A stretch of DNA of 64,000 nucleotides from Promethearchaeota archaeon (GCA_019058445.1 JAHPZA010000010.1:160001-224000); one strand, 5' to 3'; numbered from the stretch's first letter, positions 18,819-28,702 are shown. Notes: generated by a model not told the origin, from the letters alone. A program made the numbers and translations.

Positions 18819-20204
18819 TTGTCTAAAGAGAAAAAAGTGGTGGTCATCGGATTAGACTGTGCTGCACCTAAAACTCTTTTTGAGGATTTCATTGAAGATT
18901 GCCCTAATCTAAAAAAATTAATGACTAACGGAGTTTATGGTAAATTAAGAAGTTCTGATCCCCCGATTACCATTCCTGCGTGGATGGTTATGTCTACAGG
19001 TAAAAAAGCAGGAACTCTTGGGGTATATGGTTTTAGACATCGGAAAAATAACTCATACACAGATTTCTGGGTTGCCAATTCACAAACGATAAAAGAACCA
19101 AAAATATGGGATATTCTTGGAAGTCATGGATTAAAATCCATAATATTAGGTGTTCCTCCAACATATCCTGTGAAACCGCTCAAGGGTAACATGGTTTCGG
19201 GATTTATCACCCCTGATATTTTAGCAAATTTCACATATCCTCCCGAATTAAAAGCAGAAATCATAGAGAATATCGGAGATTATATATTGGATGCAAAATT
19301 TAGAACAAATGCGAAAGAACAATTACTAATTAACATTTATCAAATGACAAAAATTCACTTTAAAACCTTAAAATATTTGATGACAAACAAAGAATGGGAC
19401 TATGTTCAGTGTGTATTAATAGGACTAGACAGACTTCATCATGCTTTCTGGAAATATTATGATAAAACCCATCCAAAATATGAACCAGGTAATATTTTTG
19501 AATCTGTTATTAAAAAATACTATATATACTTAGATCAAGAAGTTGGAGAGATTTTAAACTTAATAGATGAAGATACTATCATTTTCATTGTGTCCGATCA
19601 TGGGGCAAAAGCCATGAAAGGAGTTCTCTGTATTAATATGGCGTTAGAAAAACTAGGCTTGCTAAAATTTAAGACTCCCCCTAAACCCAAAACAAGAATG
19701 CAAGATGCCGAAATTGATTGGAATAATACTTATGCATGGGGATGGGGAGGATATTATGCAAGGATTTTTCTTAATGTGAAAGGTAGAGAGAAGCATGGCA
19801 TTATTGAGCCGGATAAATATGAGGAATGGAGAGATAAATTAATAAAATTACTAAAAGAAATACCAGATATTACGGGAAACAAGATGAATACTAAAATTTA
19901 TCGTCCTGAGGAATTATTTGATATAATACGAGGAGATGCGCCTGATTTATTAGCATATTTTGATGACTTATATTGGAGATCTGCTGGTACAGTAGGATAT
20001 GATTCAATGTACCTTAATGAAAATGATACTGGGCCAGATGATGCGGTGCATGATTATTATGGGATTTTTCTGATCTATGATCCTAAAAAGAAATTGGGAA
20101 AAAAGCTAAAAACGCGTAATATTCTTGATATTGCTCCTACTATTTTAAATATATTTGAAATTGAAATTCCAGGTGATATGGAAGGAAAAATAATAAAAAT
20201 TTAA
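18819..20204 (+). CDS. Cytoplasmic alkaline-phosphatase-superfamily (NPP/COG3379-like) enzyme
   Basis: VIGLDCA (metal Asp), PPITIPAW (Thr nucleophile position), DRLHH, VSDHG and DAVH; no signal peptide; TTG start with AGGAG upstream. Confidence 0.88.
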   Translation: MSKEKKVVVIGLDCAAPKTLFEDFIEDCPNLKKLMTNGVYGKLRSSDPPITIPAWMVMSTGKKAGTLGVYGFRHRKNNSYTDFWVANSQTIKEPKIWDILGSHGLKSIILGVPPTYPVKPLKGNMVSGFITPDILANFTYPPELKAEIIENIGDYILDAKFRTNAKEQLLINIYQMTKIHFKTLKYLMTNKEWDYVQCVLIGLDRLHHAFWKYYDKTHPKYEPGNIFESVIKKYYIYLDQEVGEILNLIDEDTIIFIVSDHGAKAMKGVLCINMALEKLGLLKFKTPPKPKTRMQDAEIDWNNTYAWGWGGYYARIFLNVKGREKHGIIEPDKYEEWRDKLIKLLKEIPDITGNKMNTKIYRPEELFDIIRGDAPDLLAYFDDLYWRSAGTVGYDSMYLNENDTGPDDAVHDYYGIFLIYDPKKKLGKKLKTRNILDIAPTILNIFEIEIPGDMEGKIIKI

Positions 20205-20224
20205 AAAAATAAAAAAATTGAGAA

Positions 20225-20764
20225 TTGAAAATGGAACATAAGGGGTTTACTCTTTGGTTTACAGGACTTCCATGTTCAGGGAAGTCAGTGCTTGCAGATG
20301 CCGTAGCGGAAGATTTAAAAAATAAAGGGATGAAAGTTGAACGATTAGACGGAGATATTGTAAGGAAAAGCTTAACTAGAGATTTAGGATTTAGTGAAGA
20401 AGATAGAAATAGAAATATTGAAAGGATAACATTTGTTGCAAAATTATTGACTCGTAATGGAGTCGCTGTTCTGGCATCTTTTGTTTCACCATATAACAAA
20501 ATACGAGCTTACTCACGTGAAGAGATTGGCGACTACATCTTAGTTTATGTCAAATGTCCCGTTGGAGTTTGTGAAGAAAGAGATGTGAAGGGAATGTATG
20601 CGAAAGCAAGAGCCGGGGAAATTAAAGACTTTACGGGGATTGATCACCCATTTGAGGAACCAGACAATCCAAATATTACTGTAGAAACAGATAAACAGAC
20701 AGTGGAAGAAAGCAAGCGTATTATATTAGAAGCTTTAGATGAAATGGGATATTTACCAAATTAA
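20225..20764 (+). CDS. cysC: Adenylyl-sulfate kinase
   Basis: WFTGLPCSGKS P-loop, LDGDIVR, LGFSEEDR, RDVKGMY and FTGIDHPFE. Confidence 0.97.
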   Translation: MKMEHKGFTLWFTGLPCSGKSVLADAVAEDLKNKGMKVERLDGDIVRKSLTRDLGFSEEDRNRNIERITFVAKLLTRNGVAVLASFVSPYNKIRAYSREEIGDYILVYVKCPVGVCEERDVKGMYAKARAGEIKDFTGIDHPFEEPDNPNITVETDKQTVEESKRIILEALDEMGYLPN

Positions 20765-20793
20765 TGGATAAGTCTTTCAAATCAATAATGAAT

Positions 20794-22116
20794 CTAGATT
20801 AAATCTTTATTTTTTACTCTTTTTATATTAACCTTGTTAAATTTAAGCAATAATAACGAGTACATCATTATACTTAAAAGAAAAATCCATCTTAAATAAT
20901 AGAAGATAATCAGAGGATATTCTTTTAATCCAGGGATATAGTCATATATAAAAAATGTACTCCACGAAAAAAATATGACCACAATTGAAGAAATCCCAAT
21001 TATGACTATTTTATTGCTTTTGAAAAATTCAATCCCATGAACATTCTCATTTAAATGAGGTACATATAATAGGAGCACTAAAGAATATAATATTAATCCC
21101 AATAAGAAAGAATAAGAAAAGATTCCAATAAAAATATAAGCAATTGCAAAATATCCAAACTTCTCTTCAATCATCAATTTATCATTAAACATCAGGATTA
21201 ACGATATGACAAAAAGAGCAATACTAAATACTATTGCGTAATTTCTTATTTCACTTGGAGATAACTCAAGCCATTCTCTTAAATATATGAGTTTGAAATA
21301 ATTAGGCCTACGTGACGGACGATTAAACCCATCTATAAAAGAGAATATTTGAAATGGATAGATAATAAATAAAAAATTCTGAATAAAAAACCATAGGATT
21401 AAAATAAGATATTTTCTCTTATTCTCTCTATTAAATACATTCTTAAGGGAAATATCCTGAAATACGTATATCAATAAAAAAAAAACAAAATAGGGGGCCA
21501 TACCGATAGCAAACACAATCAAACCATAGTTTAAAACATAAAAATCAAACTCCTTAGGCCTCTCCTCTATTCTATATTGAAGTTCTCTTCTAAGAATAAA
21601 AAGTAAAATTACAAATGTGAGATACTTTGATTGGTTAAAATAAAATTGATAATATACAAAATACCCGTTGGAAATTATTAAAAGGAATATAAATCTATGG
21701 ACTTTCTCTTTTGAATCCATAAAAACGAGGATCTTGTTGAATTCTCTTATAGAAAATATACCTAAAACATAATTTATAATAAAAAAAACATAATAAGCAA
21801 TTTCATACGGGATTAATGATACCGTAACAGCAAAAAATAGCGCAAAACTTGGCATATAACGAAAACCACGAACTTCATAAAGATTGGCAGGATTAATAAA
21901 GATTTGCCTGCCAGATTCATAAAAAATAGAAAAATCATTCATTTGAGGATCAAAATCCCAGCTTACTAATGCGTAAATAGCCCATAAACCTATAAAAATA
22001 GGAGGAATTATTAAATATAAATTCTCTTTTATAAGATTTTTATGAAACAAACAAAATAAAATAATAATAAATATGAGGATAAAAATTGTCAAAAAAACTA
22101 TGATATAATTAAGCAA
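20794..22116 (-). CDS. GT87/DUF2029-like GT-C membrane glycosyltransferase
   Basis: Polytopic membrane protein with DFSIFYESG...LY...FRYMPSFALFF, matching the GT87 N-terminal loop pattern. Confidence 0.7.
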   Translation of the reverse strand: MLNYIIVFLTIFILIFIIILFCLFHKNLIKENLYLIIPPIFIGLWAIYALVSWDFDPQMNDFSIFYESGRQIFINPANLYEVRGFRYMPSFALFFAVTVSLIPYEIAYYVFFIINYVLGIFSIREFNKILVFMDSKEKVHRFIFLLIISNGYFVYYQFYFNQSKYLTFVILLFILRRELQYRIEERPKEFDFYVLNYGLIVFAIGMAPYFVFFLLIYVFQDISLKNVFNRENKRKYLILILWFFIQNFLFIIYPFQIFSFIDGFNRPSRRPNYFKLIYLREWLELSPSEIRNYAIVFSIALFVISLILMFNDKLMIEEKFGYFAIAYIFIGIFSYSFLLGLILYSLVLLLYVPHLNENVHGIEFFKSNKIVIIGISSIVVIFFSWSTFFIYDYIPGLKEYPLIIFYYLRWIFLLSIMMYSLLLLKFNKVNIKRVKNKDLI

Positions 22117-22210
22117 TAAGTTATTTCACGCTTGGCTTATGTATTAACATTTTATAAATTAGTTAAATTATCAAATAATCTTAAATTATTCTAAAAATTC
22201 ACATAAAGCA

Positions 22211-22607
22211 ATGCGATTTACGAAAGTTATCGCTGATGTTTTAAATATCTCTGAAAGAACTGCATAGAGACAAGTTGGAGTAGGAAACGCGATAATATAG
22301 GGAAACTTTGACAGTAGCATCATAGAAGAGTACAAAAATGGGAAAATATTTCATACTGAAATGCGTAAAACAATTTAAAAAAATTCGACAAAATGAAAAA
22401 GTTAGAAAGCCAAATGAAAAAGAAAAGAAAATCATTATTATTATTCAAGCAAAACAAAAAAATCAGTAAAACAAATATTGCATTAATTGTAAAAAAGCTA
22501 AAGCATCAACTTGTCCCTGCTGTAATAAAATGGTTATAATTTGTGATAAAGGGTATTTTGTTTTAATGGAAAAGGATACTAAAGCCTGTAAGGATTATGA
22601 AGGTTAA
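22211..22607 (+). pseudogene. Decayed gene remnant: HTH-like segment followed by a Cys-rich segment
   Basis: 22211 encodes MRFTKVIADVLNISERTA* (HTH-like). Another frame from 22338 reads ...KNQ*NKYCINCKKAKASTCPCCNKMVIICDKG...ACKDYEG*, interrupted by TAA at 22467. Confidence 0.4.
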
Positions 22608-22645
22608 ATTATTTGTTTAATTCATTTTTTTAGGTTTTTTTCTAT

Positions 22646-24328
22646 TTAATAAATCATTTCAGGAGGCGGAGGTTTCAAACAAAAACCACATTTCCCAAAT
22701 GATTTAATCGTTTGTTCCCAACAATGTTTATGATAAGCTCGCTCACAGTGCGGACATTCAACATGACACGATTCTCTTCGCCCTGCAATTCTTATACCAC
22801 ACGTAGGGCATTCTATTTTATGACATATAACACATGCTACCACAGAAACTTCGAATATTTTCTCTGAAATTAAATTAAATAAATCAATTAAATAGCTATA
22901 AGGAGTCCACTCCTCAAAAAAATCCTTGAATGACGATTGGAGATCAGACTTGATTTTTTCATGAGTATCTATCTCAAACTCATTTAAAACTTTTATATTC
23001 GGCATTTTCATAGGATAATCTTTCGGTAAATTTATCTGAAACTCAAATGTAATGTCTTGAGTTTTCATTTTCCCTTTCATATTTAGCTTTAAAGTTTGGG
23101 TGGTATTTTCATATTTCAAATCCTTATAATGCTCATTTAATAATTCAATTTCAAAATTTATCCGTGAATTCTTATCTACAAGCCACGCGATTTCTCTAAT
23201 AATTTCGACGGGCTCAGATTCATTTTCTTTCCAATTTTTGTAAGAATTTAAAGAATTAATCGGTGTGTGAATAATATTCTGCAACTCAGAGGATAAAATA
23301 ACCTCAGGCGGCTTAGGATAGGCCGTCAAATCAAGTTCTAATACATACTCTTTAAATCCATAAGTCACTAAATGAACCTTTAATTTCGTAATTTCACCCT
23401 CTATTTCTTCACATTTATATTCATTAAGGATTTTCTTAGCCTCATTTTCAATATGTGTTATAATTTGCAGATTATTTTCGATTTCATGCAAAATATCGAT
23501 GATATGCACTGGTTTCTTGACATTCCATTTCTTTAGCATATTTATTGATTCATATGGATTTCCCAAAATGTTTATAAGTTGCTCTGGCAGTGATATGATG
23601 GGTTTTTGTGGATATTCCATAAAATTTATGTCTATTATGAAAGTTTTTGTTATAGTTAGAGTCATATATATTGTAATATCAGCAGGATTTTGCCCTTTTT
23701 GGTCATATGCATAGTACTGCTGTATCAATCCTAATTCTGTACTAATTTCTACACCAATTGGCTGAGGTTCTTCAATACTCTCTTCATATTTTTCTTGTTG
23801 TGTTGTTTTTGAACTCTCTATTGGATAATCTTCAGCTTTTGAGGGGACTTGATCGGTAGGTTCTGAATAAAATAAGGCATCACTAGAATTGATTTGAATA
23901 TTGTTCTCGAGTTCAGGAGGGTAAGCATCAAGATCAGGGGTAATATACTCCTCAGAATCTGCCTGTTCAATTTTTACTTCTGATATTTGAACCGGTTGTT
24001 GAACATTAGTCGTTTTTTTCATTGTTTCTTGTATCTTAAGATTTAACTCTTTTAAAATATCAACTACCGCTGAACCGGGAGTCCACATTCTCAACTTGTT
24101 TAACTTTACATTACCTAATAAATTTTTTATCGCATTATGATATATAAGCTGAGGGGGAGAATCGGGAAAATCTTCACCGAACTTAATCTCTAATTCATAT
24201 TTCTTCTCTGGTGTCTCATACACATGGCCGTATAAATGCGCAATATTCCCTGACACCATCCAAAAAGAAAATTCTGAAGCGATTTTTTGCGCTTCTTTCA
24301 AAATTCGTTGTCCATCCATAGAATTCAC
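22646..24328 (-). CDS. Multi-UEV/RWD (four E2-like folds) plus C-terminal C4HC3 RING protein; FANCL-like putative E3 ligase
   Basis: Four ~95-105 aa repeats, each with [FY]PxxP(P) followed by a W (FPDSPP/WTP, YPQKP/WN, YPKPP/WK, YPMKMP/WTP) and no E2 catalytic Cys. C-terminus CVIC..CPTC..CH..CPHC..YHKHC..FGKCGFC. Confidence 0.75.
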   Translation of the reverse strand: MNSMDGQRILKEAQKIASEFSFWMVSGNIAHLYGHVYETPEKKYELEIKFGEDFPDSPPQLIYHNAIKNLLGNVKLNKLRMWTPGSAVVDILKELNLKIQETMKKTTNVQQPVQISEVKIEQADSEEYITPDLDAYPPELENNIQINSSDALFYSEPTDQVPSKAEDYPIESSKTTQQEKYEESIEEPQPIGVEISTELGLIQQYYAYDQKGQNPADITIYMTLTITKTFIIDINFMEYPQKPIISLPEQLINILGNPYESINMLKKWNVKKPVHIIDILHEIENNLQIITHIENEAKKILNEYKCEEIEGEITKLKVHLVTYGFKEYVLELDLTAYPKPPEVILSSELQNIIHTPINSLNSYKNWKENESEPVEIIREIAWLVDKNSRINFEIELLNEHYKDLKYENTTQTLKLNMKGKMKTQDITFEFQINLPKDYPMKMPNIKVLNEFEIDTHEKIKSDLQSSFKDFFEEWTPYSYLIDLFNLISEKIFEVSVVACVICHKIECPTCGIRIAGRRESCHVECPHCERAYHKHCWEQTIKSFGKCGFCLKPPPPEMIY

Positions 24329-24526
24329 AATAAAATATCTAATTTTTGCTCTATATAAAATGATTAAAGATTATTCTTAAAAATCTTTTTAGATGTTTTT
24401 TCGTGAAAAATTATTGATTCATTTCAATTAATTTCTTGAGTATCACAATTATATAATTTTAAGAAAATTCAAATAATCTTATAAATAATTTAATTTTATA
24501 GATTTGAAACCACAACTCATAAAAAG

Positions 24527-27500
24527 ATGTACCAAAAATCAAAAAATAAGCATTTAATATCCTTAATAATATTAATTACCCTTATGTTTATTTTTTCTTC
24601 ATTAACAAACCAAAATTATTTAATAAACTCTAATAATTCTATTTCTGATTATAAGAAGGAATCTGATGAAGAAGATATTAAATCGATCAATCAGTATCCG
24701 GTAATTTCAGATATCAATTATATTAATAGCAAATATAATATATCTGACTGGTGGAATACAACTTTTAGATATCGCATTTGCATAGAATTAGAAGAAATCG
24801 ATTCTATCAACCGATACCAACCATTAGACATATTTTTAGTGTTTCAAGAAAATGAACATTTTGTAAATACATCCCGGTTGGTAAGTTATAATGCGACAGG
24901 ATTGAATGAATGGAGCAATCCAGTACCTATTCAATTATGGAACATAACCTATTGCCAAAATACAAATTATATAAAGACCTGTACAATAACTTTTATAGCG
25001 AATATAACAGCTAATTCGAATAAATTGTACTTCTTTTACTATAATGATAATAATGAAGGAATTGAAATTCCAAATTATAAAACCGAATTTTCTACTATTT
25101 TATCGAATGGAAAACTTAATGTGACTGTTGGACCTCAAGGATCAAAATATCAAGCTTTAATTGAAGAAGGTTATGGTATATCCGAATTTCAAAAAGATGG
25201 AATTAATTATCATACAAAATATTCATTAACTCCTGAGAAGCAGTTAAATCATCAATCTGTTGAGTTATTATTACATTGTGACGAAGAGAGTGGTTCAGTG
25301 ATTTATGACTCTTCTTATAATGAGCTTGAAGGAGATCTCATAGGAAATTCAGAATTTAACATAGGTGTCTTACATAATGGTATAAAATTTGATGGAATTG
25401 GTGATTATATCACATTTGATGATAAATTAAACAGACCATTTGGATCCACAAGTAAAGCATTTACGATTACAATGTGGATTATGCCTACTTCATTGAGTAA
25501 TTCGAGTAGTAATCATGGTGTTATGAATTGCTTTATGGCAAAAGCCAGTAAACCCTATAGTGATAATTTTGAATTAGGAATATTTAAAGAAAATAATACA
25601 CACGGTTTGTTGCATGTATATATTGGAACGGCACTTATACATAAGCAATCGATATATGGTGATGTAATGAGTAATCCAATTTTAACTAATGAGTGGAACT
25701 TTATCGCTGTTAGATATTTTGAAGGAAATGTTGATGTTCAAATTAATGATGTTATTTATGGAAAAGATATAAATAATACAGAACCTTGGGATGGATCCGT
25801 ATATCTTGACCAAGCTAGCGGAAGTCATTTTACATTAGGAGGCACATTAGACAGTGACATCTATTATAATGGAACTTTGGATGAGATTGTTGTATATAAT
25901 AGCTCAATTAGCAATGTTGAAATAAATAATAACAAATTAGCAAAAAAAAAATCATCTATTAATTCTATAATCGAAATCGAGAGTGGTATTATCTTTTCTA
26001 GATATAAAATCCTCTGGAATCCTATTTTTGATATGAATATTGAAGATATTATTACATTCTATAATGATTATAATCTTTGGAATATTTATCGGAGTATATA
26101 TTTTGATAATCCATTTGATCCTGATAAAGCCTCTATGAATGCTCTAAATACGTATTATAATTTAACTGAAATATACAACCAGCAAGAGGGTAAGTATTTT
26201 TATGATAGTAAGGTTAAACAAAATATTATTTCAGCAGGATTTAACGTAGAAAATTATTCCATAATTCATATCCCGAAACCTTATAACGTGAGTTTTGGAA
26301 TTTTTATAGCAGATTATATGGTTTCTGATATTTTATATACTTCTGTATCTGAATTTAAAGGAAAATTAACCTATAACAAGAATATTACAGAATTTACACC
26401 AGGTTCTATTAATGACTTTGATAATAATGATGGAGGGAGTAATTTCAAATTAAATATTGATTTATGGGAATTTATTGATACCATTAATCAGTCAGGAAGT
26501 TTGAATGACAATGATTTATTAAACTATTTCAATAATACTTTAGTTTCACTAAGAAATCCCATAGATATTAAAATTTACCATCAAGAAGCTTTATTTTATA
26601 CATTAGTAATCCATGTTGAGGATATAGATAATAACCCCGTTAATCAAGCCACAGTTTCTCTTTATAACTTGACGAATAATGGAAATATAGATCAATGCAT
26701 ATCAAAACAAAAAACAAGTTTAGGGGGTAATACTACTTTTAAATATCTCAAAAACGATACTTATACTGTAAATTTAACCTATGAGAAGTATGGTCAACCT
26801 GCTTTTCAGGTTATTCATAATCCTGTTAATATAACAGTAAATGAAACAAACTCAGACAGATTTGGTAAAATTACTTACAATTTCTACAATGTAAGTCTTA
26901 CCTCTCTCAAGATGAAAGTGCAAAGAATTGACCCTGATACACATGAAATTAAAGAGCCTGTTGTAAACGCTAATGTATCATTTTGGATCAATAATGGGAG
27001 TGGGAATAAACATATAGGTTATGAGTTAACTGATATTTCTGGTATGGCAATATTTCAGTGGAGAAATTTTTCCTCTGCTAACGATGGAAATATCACTTTT
27101 GCGATAATCTGGTATGACAATCCACATAATATTTCTACAGAGGGAGATTTACTTAAAGAAAATTCAACTCATATCACGTTATATTTTTATAGGGGAAATA
27201 TTATTGTTGTCAATTTGACATCTTATAAATTTGCAACCGCTCTTGTGGAATCTATCCCTGATGGTGTATACATTGGAGATGAAATAACCTTCCAAGTGAA
27301 CTATTCTTATACCATAAATTACACGGATATAAAACCTATAGAAAATGCAAGAGTATATTATTATATTAAGATCGATAATACAAATATAAGTTCAAAATTA
27401 ATCGAATTCAATGAGACAACAATAAAGGGGACTTATAGTACAAAGATTAATACTTCTAATCCTGAAGATCCAAATATTAATTTTTTAGCAGAAATTTCCT

Positions 27501-28702
27501 ATAGGATGGTTATTCACGCTTCTAAAGCAGGATATATCCCTACTACGACAATTATATTATTTGAACTCTTATTTAAAAGCACCAATTTAACCTCTGATCA
27601 AAATTATAGAGAAGTTGTTTGGAATGAAAATTTTACTTTAGAAGTATATTATGAAGATATACATAATTTACCTTATAAAGGAATTGATGGAGCTTCAGTT
27701 AATTATTCGGTTATTGGAATGCCGAATATTAATGGTTCTATTTTCCCAAATGGAATAGATGGGTGGTATCAACTTGAATTAAATAGTTCAATTTTTAATA
27801 TTACAGGTGAATATGATATAAAGATTACAGCAAATAAAAAATTCTATGAATTTAAAACTATTTTTATTGAAATAAAAATCTTAGCAAGACCGACTTTAAT
27901 TAATGGGAAACCGCAGTTACAAAACAAGATATATAACTTGTATTTTGGGGAAATGAGAAATTTTACTATATCTTATACAGATGAGTTTTTAAATGAGACT
28001 ATTATTGACCTTGATGATCAGTCATATATATGGAAGATATATGATGTCGATTTTAAATTAATTGCTCAGGGTGAAAGAAATCTAATTTTAAATGAAGAAA
28101 ATCTTTATGTTTTAGATTCTAAGGATTTCCGTAATTTTCTTGGAACAATTACTTTTGAAATAATTTTATTTAAAATGAACTATGAAGAAAAAGAAATTAA
28201 ACTTATATATAATATTGTTGAAAATGAATTTGAATATGAATTAAGTACAGGTTTTAAAGAGAAGAATATAGAAATGGAAAAAGACATTTCGAAAAAATTA
28301 AGAATTAAGCTTTTTACTCCTTCTTTAGGAAATGTTCCTTTAACTGGAGCAAAAGTTATTTTGAATATTAAAGATAAAGATTATGATTTTATAGAAATTG
28401 AGGATGGCTTATATGAATTAGATTATAAACAAGAAGAAGTTGATACAACTTTTTTTAAATCTGAGTATTTTCAAGGTAAAATAGATATAACTATATATGG
28501 ATATGAAGATAAGAATATCAATGTAAATATTATTATTAAAAGAGAAGAGATTTTTCCAGGAGTACCTATATTTTACTTTTTGCTATTTTTAGGGGCAATC
28601 TTTTTTGTATTAGGAATTACCATAATAGATAAATTAATCAAAATAGAATCTTTTACTATATTAATAAAGAAACTTAAAAAGAATAACGTAATGAAAAAAT
28701 AA
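24527..28702 (+). CDS. Large membrane-anchored cell-surface glycoprotein (DUF2341-like N-terminus, LamG/ConA-like domain, Ig/CnaB-like repeats)
   Basis: N-terminal signal/TM, DWWNTTFRYR, LamG motifs (FDGIGDYI, FTITMWI, WNFIAV, YNGTLDEIVVYN), repeated 'P[VI]..A.V' and 'ASKAGY/ANKKFY' Ig-like motifs, C-terminal TM with basic tail, many NxS/T sequons. Confidence 0.8.
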   Translation: MYQKSKNKHLISLIILITLMFIFSSLTNQNYLINSNNSISDYKKESDEEDIKSINQYPVISDINYINSKYNISDWWNTTFRYRICIELEEIDSINRYQPLDIFLVFQENEHFVNTSRLVSYNATGLNEWSNPVPIQLWNITYCQNTNYIKTCTITFIANITANSNKLYFFYYNDNNEGIEIPNYKTEFSTILSNGKLNVTVGPQGSKYQALIEEGYGISEFQKDGINYHTKYSLTPEKQLNHQSVELLLHCDEESGSVIYDSSYNELEGDLIGNSEFNIGVLHNGIKFDGIGDYITFDDKLNRPFGSTSKAFTITMWIMPTSLSNSSSNHGVMNCFMAKASKPYSDNFELGIFKENNTHGLLHVYIGTALIHKQSIYGDVMSNPILTNEWNFIAVRYFEGNVDVQINDVIYGKDINNTEPWDGSVYLDQASGSHFTLGGTLDSDIYYNGTLDEIVVYNSSISNVEINNNKLAKKKSSINSIIEIESGIIFSRYKILWNPIFDMNIEDIITFYNDYNLWNIYRSIYFDNPFDPDKASMNALNTYYNLTEIYNQQEGKYFYDSKVKQNIISAGFNVENYSIIHIPKPYNVSFGIFIADYMVSDILYTSVSEFKGKLTYNKNITEFTPGSINDFDNNDGGSNFKLNIDLWEFIDTINQSGSLNDNDLLNYFNNTLVSLRNPIDIKIYHQEALFYTLVIHVEDIDNNPVNQATVSLYNLTNNGNIDQCISKQKTSLGGNTTFKYLKNDTYTVNLTYEKYGQPAFQVIHNPVNITVNETNSDRFGKITYNFYNVSLTSLKMKVQRIDPDTHEIKEPVVNANVSFWINNGSGNKHIGYELTDISGMAIFQWRNFSSANDGNITFAIIWYDNPHNISTEGDLLKENSTHITLYFYRGNIIVVNLTSYKFATALVESIPDGVYIGDEITFQVNYSYTINYTDIKPIENARVYYYIKIDNTNISSKLIEFNETTIKGTYSTKINTSNPEDPNINFLAEISYRMVIHASKAGYIPTTTIILFELLFKSTNLTSDQNYREVVWNENFTLEVYYEDIHNLPYKGIDGASVNYSVIGMPNINGSIFPNGIDGWYQLELNSSIFNITGEYDIKITANKKFYEFKTIFIEIKILARPTLINGKPQLQNKIYNLYFGEMRNFTISYTDEFLNETIIDLDDQSYIWKIYDVDFKLIAQGERNLILNEENLYVLDSKDFRNFLGTITFEIILFKMNYEEKEIKLIYNIVENEFEYELSTGFKEKNIEMEKDISKKLRIKLFTPSLGNVPLTGAKVILNIKDKDYDFIEIEDGLYELDYKQEEVDTTFFKSEYFQGKIDITIYGYEDKNINVNIIIKREEIFPGVPIFYFLLFLGAIFFVLGITIIDKLIKIESFTILIKKLKKNNVMKK

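Noticed and set aside
17642-20764. sat as evidence of dissimilatory sulfate reduction
   Set aside because: No aprAB, qmo or dsr genes in the window, and linkage to cysC points to PAPS formation.
22211-22378. Two in-frame TAG codons suggesting pyrrolysine or stop read-through
   Set aside because: The frame also ends early at TAA, the neighbouring frame is broken by TAA, and there are no pyl genes in the window; decay is the simpler explanation.
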